64,000 bases of DNA from Macrostomum hystrix (GCA_950097015.1 CATNEN010000014.1:372001-436000); one strand, 5' to 3'; counted from the first letter of the stretch, positions 48,841-62,323 are shown. The notes: a model not told the origin generated them from the sequence alone. Numbers and translations: made by a program.

Positions 48841-51800
48841 TCACACGTCGCCGTTTAGCGGTCTGTACTGCATGCCGGAACGCTTATCGCGAAGTCGCTG
48901 GCGGCATCGGCAGGCTGCAAAGACGGTGAGGAGGGCGCAGGACAGCAGCAGCAGGCTGCCAGTCAGCAGCAGCAGGGCCCGGCTGCCAAGCTTGTCCAGC
49001 CAGCCACCAGGGCCGCCGCCACCGCCTCCGTCACCGCACCGCTGAAGCAGGTCGACCTTGCTAAGCCGCATTGGCGCCAGGCTACTGAGGGCACTGGCCA
49101 GCGGGCAGGTGTGCGGGCAGCCTGGAAGCTGCATGGGAATGAGCGGCCCCGAGCTGTTGCGCAGCCAGACCTGCAGGCTGAATTGCGAGCCGCTGCCGCT
49201 GTGCTCGGAGTGCAGCTCGAACAGCAGCGCAGAGGAAAAGTTCGGCCACACGAAGTCCGTGTTGCCCAGGGCTGCCAGGACGGAAGCCACGGTCGTGTCG
49301 TGGTCGGAGTACAGCCGCAGCCGGGCGCCCCTGCAGAGGGGATGTCAACATATTTGCATAGAAACAAATCACTTGGCAATCAGTACACAAGACGCGTGAC
49401 CATGCACATGAGCGTCAGTATATGTGAAAGGGATGCATAGTAAGGTGATGGGAAAGGTAACCAAGCTAGCCTTGGTTAGCTTGGTTACCTTGGAGGTAAG
49501 GGATGGGAAAGGTAACCAAACTAGCCAGTTAGGGAATGGGAAAGGTAACCAAACTAGCCAGTTAGGGAATGGGAAAGGTAACCAAACTAGCCAGTTAGGG
49601 AATGGGAAAGGTAACCAAACTAGCCAGTTAGGGAATGGGAAAGGTAACCAAGCTAGCCAGGTAAGGGATGGGAAAGGTAACCAAACTAGCCAGTTAGGGG
49701 ATGGGAAAGGTAACCAAACTAGCCAGTTAGGGAATGGGAAAGGTAACCAAACTAGCCAGTTAGGGAATGGGAAAGGTAACCAAACTAGCCAGTTAGGGAA
49801 TGGGAAAGGTAACCAAACTAGCCAGTTAGGGAATGGGAAAGGTAACCAAACTAGCCAGTTAGGGAATGGGAAAGGTAACCAAGCTAGCCAGGTAAGGGAT
49901 GGGAAAGGTAACCAAACTAGCCAGTTAGGGGATGGGAAAGGTAACCAAGCTAGCCAGGTAAGGGATTGGAAAGGTAACCAAGCTAGCCAGGTAAGGGATT
50001 GGAAAGGTAACCAAGCTAGCCAGGTAAGGGATGGGAAGGTAACCAAGCTAGCCAGGTAAGGGATGGGAAGGTAACCAAGCTAGCCAGGTAAGGGATTGGA
50101 AAGGTAACCAAGCTAGCCAGGTAAGGGATTGGAAAGGTAACCAAGCTAGCCAGGTAAGGGATGGGAAGGTAACCAAGCTAGCCAGGTAAGGGATGGGAAA
50201 GGTAACCAAACTAGCCAGTTAGGGGATGGGAAAGGTAACCAAGCTAGCCAGGTAAGGGATTGGAAAGGTAACCAAGCTAGCCAGGTAAGGGATGGGAAGG
50301 TAACCAAGCTAGCCAGGTAAGGGATGGGAAGGTAACCAAGCTAGCCAGGTAAGGGATTGGAAAGGTAACTAAGCTAGCCAGGTAAGGGATGGGAAAGGTA
50401 ACCAAGCTAGCCAGGTAAGGGATGGGAAAGGTAACCAAGCTAGCCAGGTAAGGGATGGGAAAGGTAACCAAGCTAGCCAGGTAAGGGATGGGAAAGGTAA
50501 CCAAGCTAGCCAGGTAAGGGATTGGAAAGGTAACCAAGCTAGCCAGGTAAGGGATTGGAAAGGTAACCAAGCTAGCCAGGTAAGGGATGGGAAAGGTAAC
50601 CAAACTAGCCAGTTAGGGGATGGGAAAGGTAACCAAGCTAGCCAGGTAAGGGATTGGAAAGGTAACCAAGCTAGCCAGGTAAGGGATTGGAAAGGTAACC
50701 AAGCTAGCCAGGTAAGGGATGGGAAGGTAACCAAGCTAGCCAGGTAAGGGATTGGAAAGGTAACCAAGCTAGCCAGGTAAGGGATGGGAAGGTAACCAAG
50801 CTAGCCAGGTAAGGGATGGGAAGGTAACCAAGCTAGCCAGGTAAGGGATGGGAAGGTAACCAAGCTAGCCAGGTAAGGGATTGGAAAGGTAACCAAGCTA
50901 GCCAGGTAAGGGATTGGAAAGGTAACCAAGCTAGCCAGGTAAGGGATTGGAAAGGTAACCAAGCTAGCCAGGTAAGGGATTGGAAAGGTAACCAAGCTAG
51001 CCAGGTAAGGGATTGGAAAGGTAACCAAGCTAGCCAGGTAAGGGATGGGAAGGTAACCAAGCTAGCCAGGTAAGGGATGGGAAGGTAACCAAGCTAGCCA
51101 GGTAAGGGATTGGAAAGGTAACCAAGCTAGCCAGGTAAGGGATGGGAAAGGTAACCAAGCTAGCCAGGTAAGGGATGGGAAAGGTAACCAAGCTAGCCAG
51201 GTAAGGGATGGGAAGGTAACCAAGCTAGCCAGGTAAGGGATGGGAAGGTAACCAAGCTAGCCAGGTAAGGGATTGGAAAGGTAACCAAGCTAGCCAGGTA
51301 AGGGATGGGAAAGGTAACCAAGCTAGCCAGGTAAGGGGTGGGAAAGGTAACCAAGCTAGCCAGGTAAGGGATTGGAAAGGTAACCAAGCTAGCCAGGTAA
51401 GGGATTGGAAAGGTAACCAAGCTAGCCAGGTAAGGGATTGGAAAGGTAACCAAGCTAGCCAGGTAAGGGATTGGAAAGGTAACCAAGCTAGCTAGGTAAG
51501 GGATGGGAAACGGGAAAAACAGTAGGTTCAGAAGGTCGGCAGCCACAAGAGCAGACCTGGCCGGGAAATGGCCTTGGCTGATGTTGTCCATTGTGCCCAG
51601 CACTTGATTGAGCAGCACAGCGGAGCCGAAGCGCACAAGATCCGGGGTCCAGGAGTATTCGCGCCACTGGTAGCTGCCCACAGTGACCAGGCGCTGCCAG
51701 TCTGGGCCGCTCAGCCAGGCTGGGGCGGGCAGGCCGGCGACAGAGTTGATCCACAGCGTGTCGAGGACGTCATGCACGGTGTCGGGGGTGACGGACATGC

Positions 51801-54800
51801 CGGCACCGCGGCTCAGGCGCTGCAGGAAGTCAGCGTGGGGCTTGTAGAACTCCAGCCTGATGGGGTCCAAGCGCATTTGGCGGAACTGCTGATCCCGCTC
51901 CCGGCATGGATACTCTGGCGATGCAAGCAGGTAGTCCTCCGACTGCGACTTCGTGTGCACCGGGATTGGTTGCCATGCCAAATCACGATTCCACTTCTGG
52001 TCATCCTTAGGCGGGAATAAACCGGCAAGGCAGGCCTGGGCGCTCATTAAAGTGCGGTCCACATCGGTGGAGCGGATATAGTGCGCGCCGGAGTTGTAGC
52101 GGCTGCCCAGGAATGAGCCGTACCTGGCAGTGGGGCGGGCGATGGTAAGGCTACAGCTGAATGGGGATTGCTGCTGAGCTGAGGTGGGGAAACAGATTGC
52201 TGGTGTGCTGAGGTGGGGAAACAGATTGCTGCTGAGCTGAGGTGGGGAAACAGATTGCTGCTGAGCTGAGGTGGGGAAACAGATGGCTGGTGTGCTGAGG
52301 TGGGGAAACAGATTGCTGCTGAGCTGAGGTGGGGAAACAGATTGCTGGTGTGCTGAGGTGGGGAAACAGATTGCTGGTGTGCTGAGGTGGGGAAACAGAT
52401 TGCTGCTGAGCTGAGGTGGGGAAACAGATTGCTGCTGAGCTGAGGTGGGGAAACAGATGGCTGGTGTGCTGAGGTGGGGAAACAGATTGCTGCTGAGCTG
52501 AGGTGGGGAAACAGATTGCTGGTGTGCTGAGGTGGGGAAACAGATTGCTGGTGTGCTGACGTGGGGAAACAGATGGCTGGTGTGCTGAGGTGGGGAAACA
52601 GATGGCTGGTGTGTTGAGGTGGGGAAACATTGCTGCTGAGCTGAGGTGGGGAAACAGATTGCTGGTGTGCTGAGGTGGGGAAACAGATTGCTGGTGTGAT
52701 GAGGTGGGGAAACAGATTGCTGGTGTGCTGAGGTGGGGAAACAGATGGCTGGTGTGCTGAGGTGGGGAAACAGATGGCTGGTGTGCTGAGGTGGGGAAAC
52801 AGATTGCTGGTGTGCTGAGGTGGGGAAACAGATTGCTGGTGTGCTGAGGTGGGGAAACAGATTGCTGGTGTGATGAGGTGGGGAAACAGATTGCTGGTGT
52901 GCTGAGGTGGGGAAACAGATTGCTGCTGTGCTGAGGTGGGGAAACAGATGGCTGGTGTGCTGAGGTGGGGAAACAGATGGCTGGTGTGCTGAGGTGGGGA
53001 AACAGATGGCTGGTGTGCTGAGGTGGGGAAACAGATTGCTGCTGAGCTGAGGTGTGGAAACAGATAGCTGGTGTGCTGAGGTGGGGAAACAGATTGTTGG
53101 TGTGCTGAGGTGGGGAAACAGATGGCTGGTGTGCTGAGGTGGGGAAACAGATTGTTGGTGTGCTGAGGTGGGGAAACAGATTGCTGGTGTGCTGAGGTGG
53201 GGAAACAGATTGTTGGTGTGCTGAGGTGGGGAAACAGATTGCTGCTGTGCTGAGGTGGGGAAACAGATTGTTGGTGTGCTGAGGTGGGGAAACAGATTGC
53301 TGGTGTGCTGAGGTGGGGAAACAGATTGCTGCTGAGCTGAGGTGGGGAAACAGATTGCTGGTGTGCTGAGGTGGGGAAACAGATAGCTGGTGTGCTGAGG
53401 TGGGGAAACAGATTGTTGGTGTGCTGAGGTGGGGAAACAGATGGCTGGTGTGCTGAGGTGGGGAAACAGATTGTTGGTGTGCTGAGGTGGGGAAACAGAT
53501 TGCTGGTGTGCTGAGGTGGGGAAACAGATTGTTGGTGTGCTGAGGTGGGGAAACAGATTGCTGCTGTGCTGAGGTGGGGAAACAGATTGTTGGTGTGCTG
53601 AGGTGGGGAAACAGATTGCTGGTGTGCTGAGGTGGGGAAACAGATTGCTGCTGAGCTGAGGTGGGGAAACAGATTGCTGGTGTGCTGAGGTGGGGAAACA
53701 GATAGCTGGTGTGCTGAGGTGGGGAAACAGATTGTTGGTGTGCTGAGGTGGGGAAACAGATGGCTGGTGTGCTGAGGTGGGGAAACAGATTGTTGGTGTG
53801 CTGAGGTGGGGAAACAGATTGCTGGTGTGCTGAGGTGGGGAAACAGATTGTTGGTGTGCTGAGGTGGGGAAACAGATTGCTGCTGTGCTGAGGTGGGGAA
53901 ACAGATTGTTGGTGTGCTGAGGTGGGGAAACAGATTGCTGGTGTGCTGAGGTGGGGAAACAGATTGCTGCTGAGCTGAGGTGGGGAAACAGATTGCTGGT
54001 GTGCTGAGGTGGGGAAACAGATAGCTGGTGTGCTGAGGTGGGGAAACAGATTGCTGGTGTGCTGAGGTGGGGAAACAGATTGCTGGTGTGCTGAGGTGGG
54101 GAAACAGATTTCTGCTGAGCTGAGGTGGGGAAACAGATTTCTGCTGAGCTGAGGTGGGGAAACAGATTTCTGCTGAGCTGAGGTGGGGAAACAGATTTCT
54201 GCTGAGCTGAGGTGGGGAAACAGATTTCTGCTGAGCTGAGGTGGGGAAACAGATTTCTGCTGAGCTGAGGTGGGGAAACAGATTTCTGCTGAGCTGAGGT
54301 GGGGAAACAGATTTCTGCTGAGCTGAGGTGGGGAAACAGATTTCTGCTGAGCTGAGGTGGGGAAACAGATTGCTGGTGTGCTGAGGTGGGGAAACAGATT
54401 GCTGGTGTGCTGAGGTGGGGAAACAGATTGCTGGTGTGCTGAGGTGGGGAAACAGATTGCTGGTGTGCTGAGGTGGGGAAACAGATTGCTGGTGTGCTGA
54501 GGTGGGGAAACAGATTGTTGGTGTGCTGAGGTGGGGAAACAGATTGTTGGTGTGCTGAGGTGGGGAAACAGATTGCTGGTGTGCTGAGGTGGGGAAACAG
54601 ATTGTTGGTGTGCTGAGGTGGGGAAACAGATAGCTGGTGTGCTGAGGTGGGGAAACAGATTTCTGCTGAGCTGAGGTGGGGAAACAGATTTCTGCTGAGC
54701 TGAGGTGGGGAAACAGATTTCTGCTGAGCTGAGGTGGGGAAACAGATTTCTGCTGAGCTGAGGTGGGGAAACAGATTGCTGGTGTGCTGAGGTGGGGAAA

Positions 54801-55600
54801 CAGATTGCTGGTGTGCTGAGATGGAAAATGGCTCTTGGGGAGATGGGGATGGCTGGTGGGGAAAGAGGATTATAATCATTTTTATTTAATAAATAAATAA
54901 TAAAACTAGAATAAAACGGGTGGCGCAGTGTGGGAGTCGGGATGTCTGGTGGGGAGATGGGATGTCTGGTGGGGAGATGGGATGTCTGGTGGGAGTCGGG
55001 ATGTCTGGTGGGAGTCGGGATGTCTGGTGGGAGTCGGGATGTCTGGTGGGAGTCGGGATGTCTGGTGGGAGTCGGGATGTCTGGTGGGAGTCGGGATGTC
55101 TGGTGGGGAGATGGGATGTCTGGTGGGAGTCGGGATGTCTGGTGGGGGAAGGGGATGGTTTGGTGTGGGAGATGGGATGGCTGGTGGGGGAAGGGGATGG
55201 TTTGGTGTGGGAGATGGGATGGCTGGTGGGGGAAGGGGATGATTTGGTGTGGGAGATGGGATGGCTGGTGGGGGAAGGGGATGGTTCGTCGGTTAGGTGG
55301 TAAAGGGGATAGCTGGTGGCTGGGGGAAGGGAATGGGGCAAGAGCATGTGCAAGAGTTCACGGTCCTGACCTGTTCCTGAGGAACTGTCCGAGCTCGAAT
55401 TCACCCCGCTTTCCAATGTTGGTGAGCTGTCCGAGGCCGTCAGTCCAGTAATTCTGCACTGTATAATTCTGACTAGGCAGAAGAACAATGGGCGATCTGT
55501 GACCATGGCGGAACAGCACGGACAAGTGCACCAGTCCAGCTGCTGACATGCCAACCAGTGCGCATAGCAACAGCAGGCGTGGTATGAGTGCTAACTGCAT
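48841..55600 (-). CDS. ACP2: Lysosomal-type histidine acid phosphatase (ACP2/ACPP family), 3 exons, 428 aa
   Basis: Exons 55600-55371, 52123-51557, 49330-48841 (both introns phase 2). Signal peptide, FRHGHRSP (RHG motif), GLGQLTNIG, YIRSTDVDRTLMSA, WQPIPVH, LYSDHDTT (HD motif), C-terminal TM helix and cytosolic YRPL (YxxPhi) sorting motif. Confidence 0.92.
49451..51507. repeat. 32/33-bp minisatellite, ACP intron 2
   Basis: Plus-strand unit gggatgggaaaggtaaccaagctagccaggtaa, about 62 copies. Confidence 0.98.
52166..55285. repeat. 29-bp minisatellite (52166-54820) plus a G-rich about 19-bp array (54930-55285), ACP intron 1
   Basis: Units ctgaggtggggaaacagattgctggtgtg (about 91 copies) and gtcgggatgtctggtggga-like. 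Confidence 0.97.
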
Positions 55601-55965
55601 GGCAGTCGAGACCAGTTAATTGCGGGCTGGAAAGGACAGATGCAGGAAAGCTAGAATAACAAATACACAATCAAATAGTCAAGGAGAAGTACAGCAGCCT
55701 AGGCGATAGCAATCACCCGAGTGTAGCATAGGAAGACGGGGCAGGGCAGGAGGACAGAGCAGGCATTGTACACGATATGCACACCGAATGTACAGCCGCC
55801 CGTATGGCAGAGTGCAGGTTATTAGCTGCACGCACGGCGCAATGGCTTGGGAACTGCATGGACAGCGTGCACTGAGATTTCACAGCCTGCCACAAAATAT
55901 AAAGCACAGAGAGCTCAGCTAGCTGCCTGTTGTGACAGAGAAGCTTGAGTAGACTCACTGGCAGC
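55601..55965. promoter_or_regulatory. Candidate bidirectional promoter between the head-to-head ACP (-) and NAT (+) genes
   Basis: Start codons are only 365 nt apart; tataaa at 55898-55903. Inferred from geometry only. Confidence 0.4.
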
Positions 55966-56947
55966 ATGAGCTACTCGCTCAGACCGGTGGAGCAGCACGA
56001 GCTGGGCAGGCGAGACCTGTACCGGCTGGCCTTTCTGCCGTACGACTACACTGCGCACCAGGTGGCCATGGGCTACGTGCGGCACTGGGCCATTGTTGCC
56101 ATGGCACTGGCCGCAATGCTGGTAGCCCAGCTGGCCTGGGGCTCAACGCTGCTGGCTGCGGCATTGGCGGGCTGCGTTCCGCTCTACGCCTACGCGCACA
56201 GCCGCGCCTTCGACTGGCTCGTCATCCAGCGCAGCCAGCCAGACTACTGGGACTTTGCCGCGGCCTGGCGCCTACCACACAGGGTGTACGTTGCCGAGTG
56301 CAACAGCACCAGTGAGTGACGGGTGGTTCAGACCAATTGGGGTATCCAGGCTATCCGAGCCCAGGGAGGGCCGATTCCCATTTCACAATAATAATAATAA
56401 TTGCAGGAGGGCTGCGGCCATGGCACATCATTTAGTGACACTAGACCCGCAGCTAGCCAGGAAGCCCATTTCGCTGACTCCAGAGCACACACGCAAACGT
56501 ATACTGTACAAATGAATGTAGAATCGAACTTAGGGACCGTGGTGCGAGAGGCAAACGCGTTAACCGCTGTCACCTAATCATTTCCCAGAAAAACTGATTG
56601 GAGTGGTGTGCCTGCAGCACCGGTCTGACAGCACTTGCGATCTACAGCACGCTGCCGTGCTGACCGACCGACGCCGCGGCGGTGTTGGCACTCGGCTGGT
56701 GCTGCTTGTGCTGTCTGAGGCTCGGCGTCTCGGCTACAGCCGGGTGACATTGTACAGCACCACCGTACAGGCGCCGGCTGTGGCTCTGTACAAAAAACTT
56801 GGCATTGGAGTGGACCGAGTGCACAGCGAGGGCGTCAGCAAGCGCATTCCCTTCCTGCCAAAGCCGTTCTCCTATGTTATGATGAGTGTGCAGCTGAGTG
56901 AGCAGCTGAGTGAGCAGCTGAGTGAGCAGCTGGGTGAGCATGAGTGA
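55966..56947 (+). CDS. NAT8/Camello-like GNAT N-acetyltransferase with N-terminal hydrophobic segment, 2 exons, 234 aa
   Basis: Exons 55966-56311 and 56589-56947 (phase 1). Hydrophobic helix pair, then LIGVVCL, RRRGGVGTRL (acetyl-CoA binding motif A), ARRLGYSRVTL...QAPAVALYKKLG. Confidence 0.8.
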
Positions 56948-57022
56948 GCAGCTGGGTGAGCATGAGTGAGCAGCTGGGTGAGCATGAGTGAGCATGAGTG
57001 AGCATGGGTGAGCAGCTGGGGT
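56885..57022 (+). repeat. 12-bp repeat spanning the NAT stop codon
   Basis: (gtgagcagctga)n encodes SEQLSEQLSEQL, then degenerates into ggtgagcatgagtgagca in the 3'UTR. Confidence 0.85.
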
Positions 57023-57446
57023 GAGAACTGAGCATTGTAAAGAGCGTATTTACATTTATTTACATTACAAACAATCTTAAAATATATACTTATACAATTT
57101 AGCAGTGTCTGCTGCAACAGAGAATGCTAGTAATTAAATATTGAAGCATGGAGGCTTCGCTATTGATTTCAATTACATAAGCACCTACAGCAGTCTAAAC
57201 TGTACACTTCAAGGCTGTCTAATCAAAGCGCAGAAATAAGAGAATAAAACACCAGTGACAACCTGTGCATCTTGTGCAGTCGGAGTGAGCACATGTTTAT
57301 TGAGCAGTACGGCTGATCAGCTAACATGAAACAGCTAACTAGCGAACATTTCTAGGTCACTTGACTGCTATTATAAATGCTGAGCAGAGTGCATTAGCCA
57401 GTCCGTAATCAGAGTTCTTTGAGGCTGTTTCAGCAGGGCAGCCATC

Positions 57447-59918
57447 TCAGCTGGGGTTGGGCTGGGCTCGGTCAGACAGGCTCTGATCATACCTGAGCTT
57501 GCTCCAGCGCTGATTGACAGGTAGGAAGGGATCGGACAGGACCCAGTTGTGCACCTCGTTCCCGCCCACAGTAAAGTATTTCTTGCCAACTGACTCGCCA
57601 AGCATGGCCCGCAGCAGCGCATTGCGCCGCACCTGCTTGCGGTAGAAGCTGGCCCCGCCAAGCGGGTACGCTGCAGAGGCGCGCCTGTCAACTCGGCCGT
57701 CCAGCGACTTGCGGTAGGCCGCGTGCCACTGATAGGCCATCAGGGACCACAGGATGCCGGAGACCACGACTAGGCCGAACACCGCTACCTTTTCAACTGC
57801 AGATTGTGAATGTACGCTATCAAAGTAGACTAAGTAGACTCATTCTGACACCCGACTATGGACCCTGTCTGACACCCGACTATGGACCCTGTCTGACACC
57901 CGACTATGGAGTCAGTCTGACACCCGACTATGGACCCTGTCTGACACCCGACTATGGGGTCAGTCTGACACTCGACTATGGACTCTGTCTGTTACCCGAC
58001 TATGGACTCAGTCTGACACCCGACTATTGACCCTGTCTGACACCCGACTATGGGGTCAGTCTGACACCCGACTATTGACCCTGTCTGACACCCGACTATG
58101 GGGTCAGTCTGACACCCGACTATTGACCCTGTCTGACACCCGACTATGGGGTCAGTCTGACACTCGACTATGGACTCTGTCTGACACCCGACTATGGACT
58201 CTGTCTGACACCCGACTATTGACCCTGTCTGACACCCGACTATGGGGTCAGTCTGACACTCGACTATGGACTCTGTCTGTTACCCGACGATGGACTTAGT
58301 CTGTTACCCGACTATGGACTCAGTCTGACACCCGACTATGGACTCTGTCTGACACCCGACTATGGACTCTGTCTGACACCCGACTATTGACTCTGTCTGA
58401 CACCCGACTATGGAGTCCGTCTGACACCCGACTATTGACTCTGTCTGACACCCGACTATGGAGTCAGTCTGACACCCGACTATGGACTCTGTCTGACACC
58501 CGACTATGGAGTCAGTCTGACACCCGACTATGGAGTCAGTCTGACACCCGACTATTGACTCTGTCTGTTACCCGACTATGGACTTAGTCTGTTACCCGAC
58601 TATGGACTCAGTCTGTCACCCGACTATGGACTCAGTCTGTCACCCGACTATGGACTCAGTCTGTCACCCGACTATGGACTTAGTCTGTCACCCGACTATG
58701 GACTTAGTCTGTCACCCGACTATGGACTCAGTCTGTCACCCGACTATGGACTTAGTCTGTCACCCGACTATGGACTTAGTCTGTCACCCGACTATGGACT
58801 CAGTCTGTCACCCGACTATGGACTTAGTCTGTCACCCGACTATGGACTTAGTCTGTTACCCGACTATGGACTCAGTCTGTCACCCGACTATGGGGTCAGT
58901 CTGACACCCGACTATGGACTTAGTCTGTCACCCGACTATGGGGTCAGTCTGACACCCGACTATGGACTCAGTCTGTCACCCGACTATGGGGTCAGTCTGA
59001 CACCCGACTATGGACTCAGTCTGTCACCCGACTATGGGGTCAGTCTGACACCCGACTATGGACTCAGTCTGTCACCCGACTATGGGGTCAGTCTGACAGC
59101 TGACCTTAAACTAAGCGTGATATGGAGCTAATTAAAAAGCCAGCTACAATATATAACAATGTGAACAAACTGCGGCATGAGTTTGACTAAACATTCGTCA
59201 GGCTCACGGTTAGGCTTGCGTTTCACCAGAGTCTTGACGAGCTGCTGGCCGCTGCCATAGTTGAGCCAGTAGTTGGTGATCATTAGGCCGGAGGCAGCCA
59301 CGGTAAAGATAACGGGCGGCGCGTGAGCAGCGTACGAGGTGAGGTAGGCGAGCTCGCGGGCCAGGACAAAGCCGCGCTCGTCCTCATTGAGCATCAGGCA
59401 TTCGTTGTACAGCTCGCGGCCTTTCTTAGTTTTCAGGGACAGCGGCCGATTGTCAAAGTAGAATGCATGCCGCTTCTGGTCTGTTGGCTTGTAGTGGAAT
59501 TGCTCAGGTAGGCCGAGGGAGGCCTGCAAAGAATGAGGCACTGCGCAATGCACCCTGGCTAACAGCCGCGCACCTCACAGCTCTGCAACTCATGCCATCT
59601 CACCTCAAAGCTTCCGTCTGCTGACAGGCGGCCGAAGCGCACTGGATCAACGCCGTTGCACACGAAGAGGCTGACCCGGTTGACACAGTCCGCCTCAATA
59701 CCCAGCCGAGCGCCGGCTTCCCGCAGTGCCGCGCGGAGCTCCTCGGAGATGGCTAAGCTCTCGGAGCTTTCTTGCGAGCTGACCTGCTTGCAGCGGTAGG
59801 CCCTGTAAGACTGCGCCAGGTTGTGCAGGCCATAGTAGGCCGCGTCAGCTGCAACCGTGCCGGCCAGCAGAGCCGACAGCAGCTTGTGCGAGCGAATCAG
59901 AGACAGCAGGCGGGACAT
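57447..59918 (-). CDS. TMEM177: Transmembrane protein 177 (mitochondrial inner membrane), 3 exons, 326 aa
   Basis: Exons 59918-59604, 59523-59208, 57796-57447; phases 0 and 1 are consistent. ASLGLPEQF, FVLARELAYL, and DRRASAAYPLGGASFYRKQVRRNALLRAMLG..KYFTVGGN match the TMEM177 pattern (FALAREV; AY..GG.EFY.K.L..N..LR..LG). Confidence 0.8.
57845..59097. repeat. 24-bp minisatellite, TMEM177 intron 2
   Basis: Unit tctgacacccgactatggactcag and variants, about 52 copies. Confidence 0.97.
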
Positions 59919-59949
59919 GCGGCCGCTGGCTGAAACAGGTGAGATGCGA

Positions 59950-61232
59950 ATGCTGTGTGGGATGAATGAGGATAATGTGTGGGATGAATGAGGATAATGT
60001 GTGGGATGAATGCGGATGCTGTGTGGGCTGAATGCGGGTTGCTGTGTGAGATGAATGCGGATGCTGTGTGGGATGAATGCGGATGCTGTGTGGGCTGAAT
60101 GCAGATGCTGTGTGGTGAATGCGGGTTGCTGTGTGGGATGAATGCGGATGCTGTGTGGGATGAATGCGGATGCTGTGTGAGATGAATGCGGATGCTGTGT
60201 GGGATGAATGCGGATGCTGTGTGGGATGAATGCGGATGCTGTGTGAGATGAATGCGGATGCTGTGTGAGATGAATGCGGATGCTGTGTGGGATGAATGCG
60301 GATGCTGTGTGGGATGAATGCAGATGCTGTGTGGGATGAATGCGGATGCTGTGTGGGATGAATGCGGATGCTGTGTGAGATGAATGCGGATGCTGTGTGA
60401 GATAAATGCGGATGCTGTGTGGGATGAATGCGGATGCTGTGTGAGATGAATGCGGATGCTGTGTGGGATGAATGCGGATGCTGTGTGGGATGAATGCGGA
60501 TGCTGTGTGGGCTGAATGCGGGTTGCTGTGTGGGATGAATGCGGATGCTGTGTGGGCTGAATGCAGATGCTGTGTGGTGAATGCGGGTTGCTGTGTGAGA
60601 TGAATGCGGATGCTGTGTGGGATGAATGCGGATGCTGTGTGGGATGAATGCGGATGCTGTGTGGGCTGAATGCGGGTTGCTGTGTGGGATGAATGCGGAT
60701 GCTGTGTGGGCTGAATGCAGATGCTGTGTGGTGAATGCGGGTTGCTGTGTGGGATGAATGCGGATGCTGTGTGGGATGAATGCGGATGCTGTGTGAGATG
60801 AATGCAGATGCTGTGTGAGATGAATGCGGATGCTGTGTGGGATGAATGCGGATGCTGTGTGGGATGAATGCGGATGCTGTGTGGGATGAATGCGGGTTGC
60901 TGTGTGGGATGAATGCGGGTTGCTGTGTGGGATGAATGCGGGTTGCTGTGTGGGATGAATGCGGATGCTGTGTGAGATAAATGCGGATGCTGTGTGGGAT
61001 GAATGCGGATGCTGTGTGAGATGAATGCGGATGCTGTGTGAGATGAATGCGGATGCTGTGTGGGCTGAATGCGGGTTGCTGTGTGGGATGAATGCGGGTT
61101 GCTGTGTGGGATGAATGCGGATGCTGTGTGGGCTGAATGCGGGTTGCTGTGTGGGCTGAATGCGGGTTGCTGTGTGGGATGAATGCGGGTTGCTGTGTGG
61201 GCTGAATGCGGGTTGCTGTGTGGGATGAATGT
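59950..61232. repeat. 22-bp minisatellite immediately upstream of the TMEM177 start
   Basis: Unit gatgaatgcggatgctgtgtgg, about 58 copies. Confidence 0.97.
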
Positions 61233-62033
61233 GGTTGTAAGCAGGTGAGGAGAGTTCAAAGAAGAAAGAAATCTTTCGTGGGAGATAAAATATTATTAAC
61301 TTATTCAACAGAAATACGAGAAGTAGGCGCACTGTAGGCCATAAGTAACAAGCTTAGATAGACTTGGTGTATTTACCTAATTAGCTAAAAAAGGACTGCA
61401 AGTGACTCTGCAATTCTAGCTGTGCAGTAACATCACAAGTTAAGTGGAGCGAATCTGCTACACATGAACAAATACAAGACAATGAGTTACGCATTGTATC
61501 GGTTAGCAAATAAAGCCAGGCTGAGAGCTGCAAGGTGCCAGACTGAATGCATAAGCTTGTACCGGTAGAAATGATTGCGCAACAGGTAACATAACAGTTC
61601 ACAAGTTACTGTGAACTGAAACTGACTGCCGGCTCATTCCGCATCGCTATTCGCTGCTCGCTAAAGCTACAAAACACTCATCAGCAACACCAATGTCCGA
61701 AATGCTGGATCTGGCTACCAACAGATAATGCTTATACTCGTAAATAAGCAACCAGTTGGATCGCATGGGCTCTTTCAGTGCAGGGTTAAGCAACTGCGTG
61801 AAGTGCTCAGTAGTTAGGTATTAATGGCCCTTTTAAACTTTGAGCTAAGAGTGCATCGAGAGAATTTGCAACTTCATGAAATAAATAACTGAATTGATGG
61901 TGATGAAACCTGGTTGCCAATGGCAACCAACATGATCACTCAGATGAAACAGGCTTCACCCGCCATCATGAGATGGGTGGCGAAGCGCGGACAGAGCACG
62001 CGGACTCGAATCTACAAGAGGGGGGCAGAAGCG

Positions 62034-62231
62034 TCAGACAGGTCGCTGAAACTCGCTGGCTGGCTTCATGGGCAGCAGCTCGCCAAAGTAGAAGTGTTGA
62101 ATGATGGGGAACTTGGCCAGAATCTCGGCCTTGTACATCTTCACGAGGCCCGAGTTCACTTTGTCCCAGGAGTAGACACCGCTGATGCCGTGCAGGGTGC
62201 TCGAGTGCTCCTCAAATGGGCCAGACTTCAC
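62034..62231 (-). CDS. PTPA: Terminal exon of PP2A phosphotyrosyl phosphatase activator (PTPA/PPP2R4); upstream exons lie beyond the window
   Basis: Acceptor ttccag at 62232, then [53 protein letters not shown], the conserved PTPA C-terminus. Confidence 0.92.
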   Translation of the reverse strand: MKSGPFEEHSSTLHGISGVYSWDKVNSGLVKMYKAEILAKFPIIQHFYFGELLPMKPASEFQRPV

Positions 62232-62323
62232 CTGGAAATTGCAGTCAGGACCTGCGATGAGTTTCTTGCATTGGCTTGCTGGTAACATGCGACGGGTGCC
62301 CTTGCCTAGCCTAGCAAGCTGGC

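Noticed and set aside
4683-59918. Functional clustering of complex IV assembly genes (COA3 and TMEM177)
   Set aside because: About 53 kb apart with unrelated genes between; no evidence beyond coincidence.
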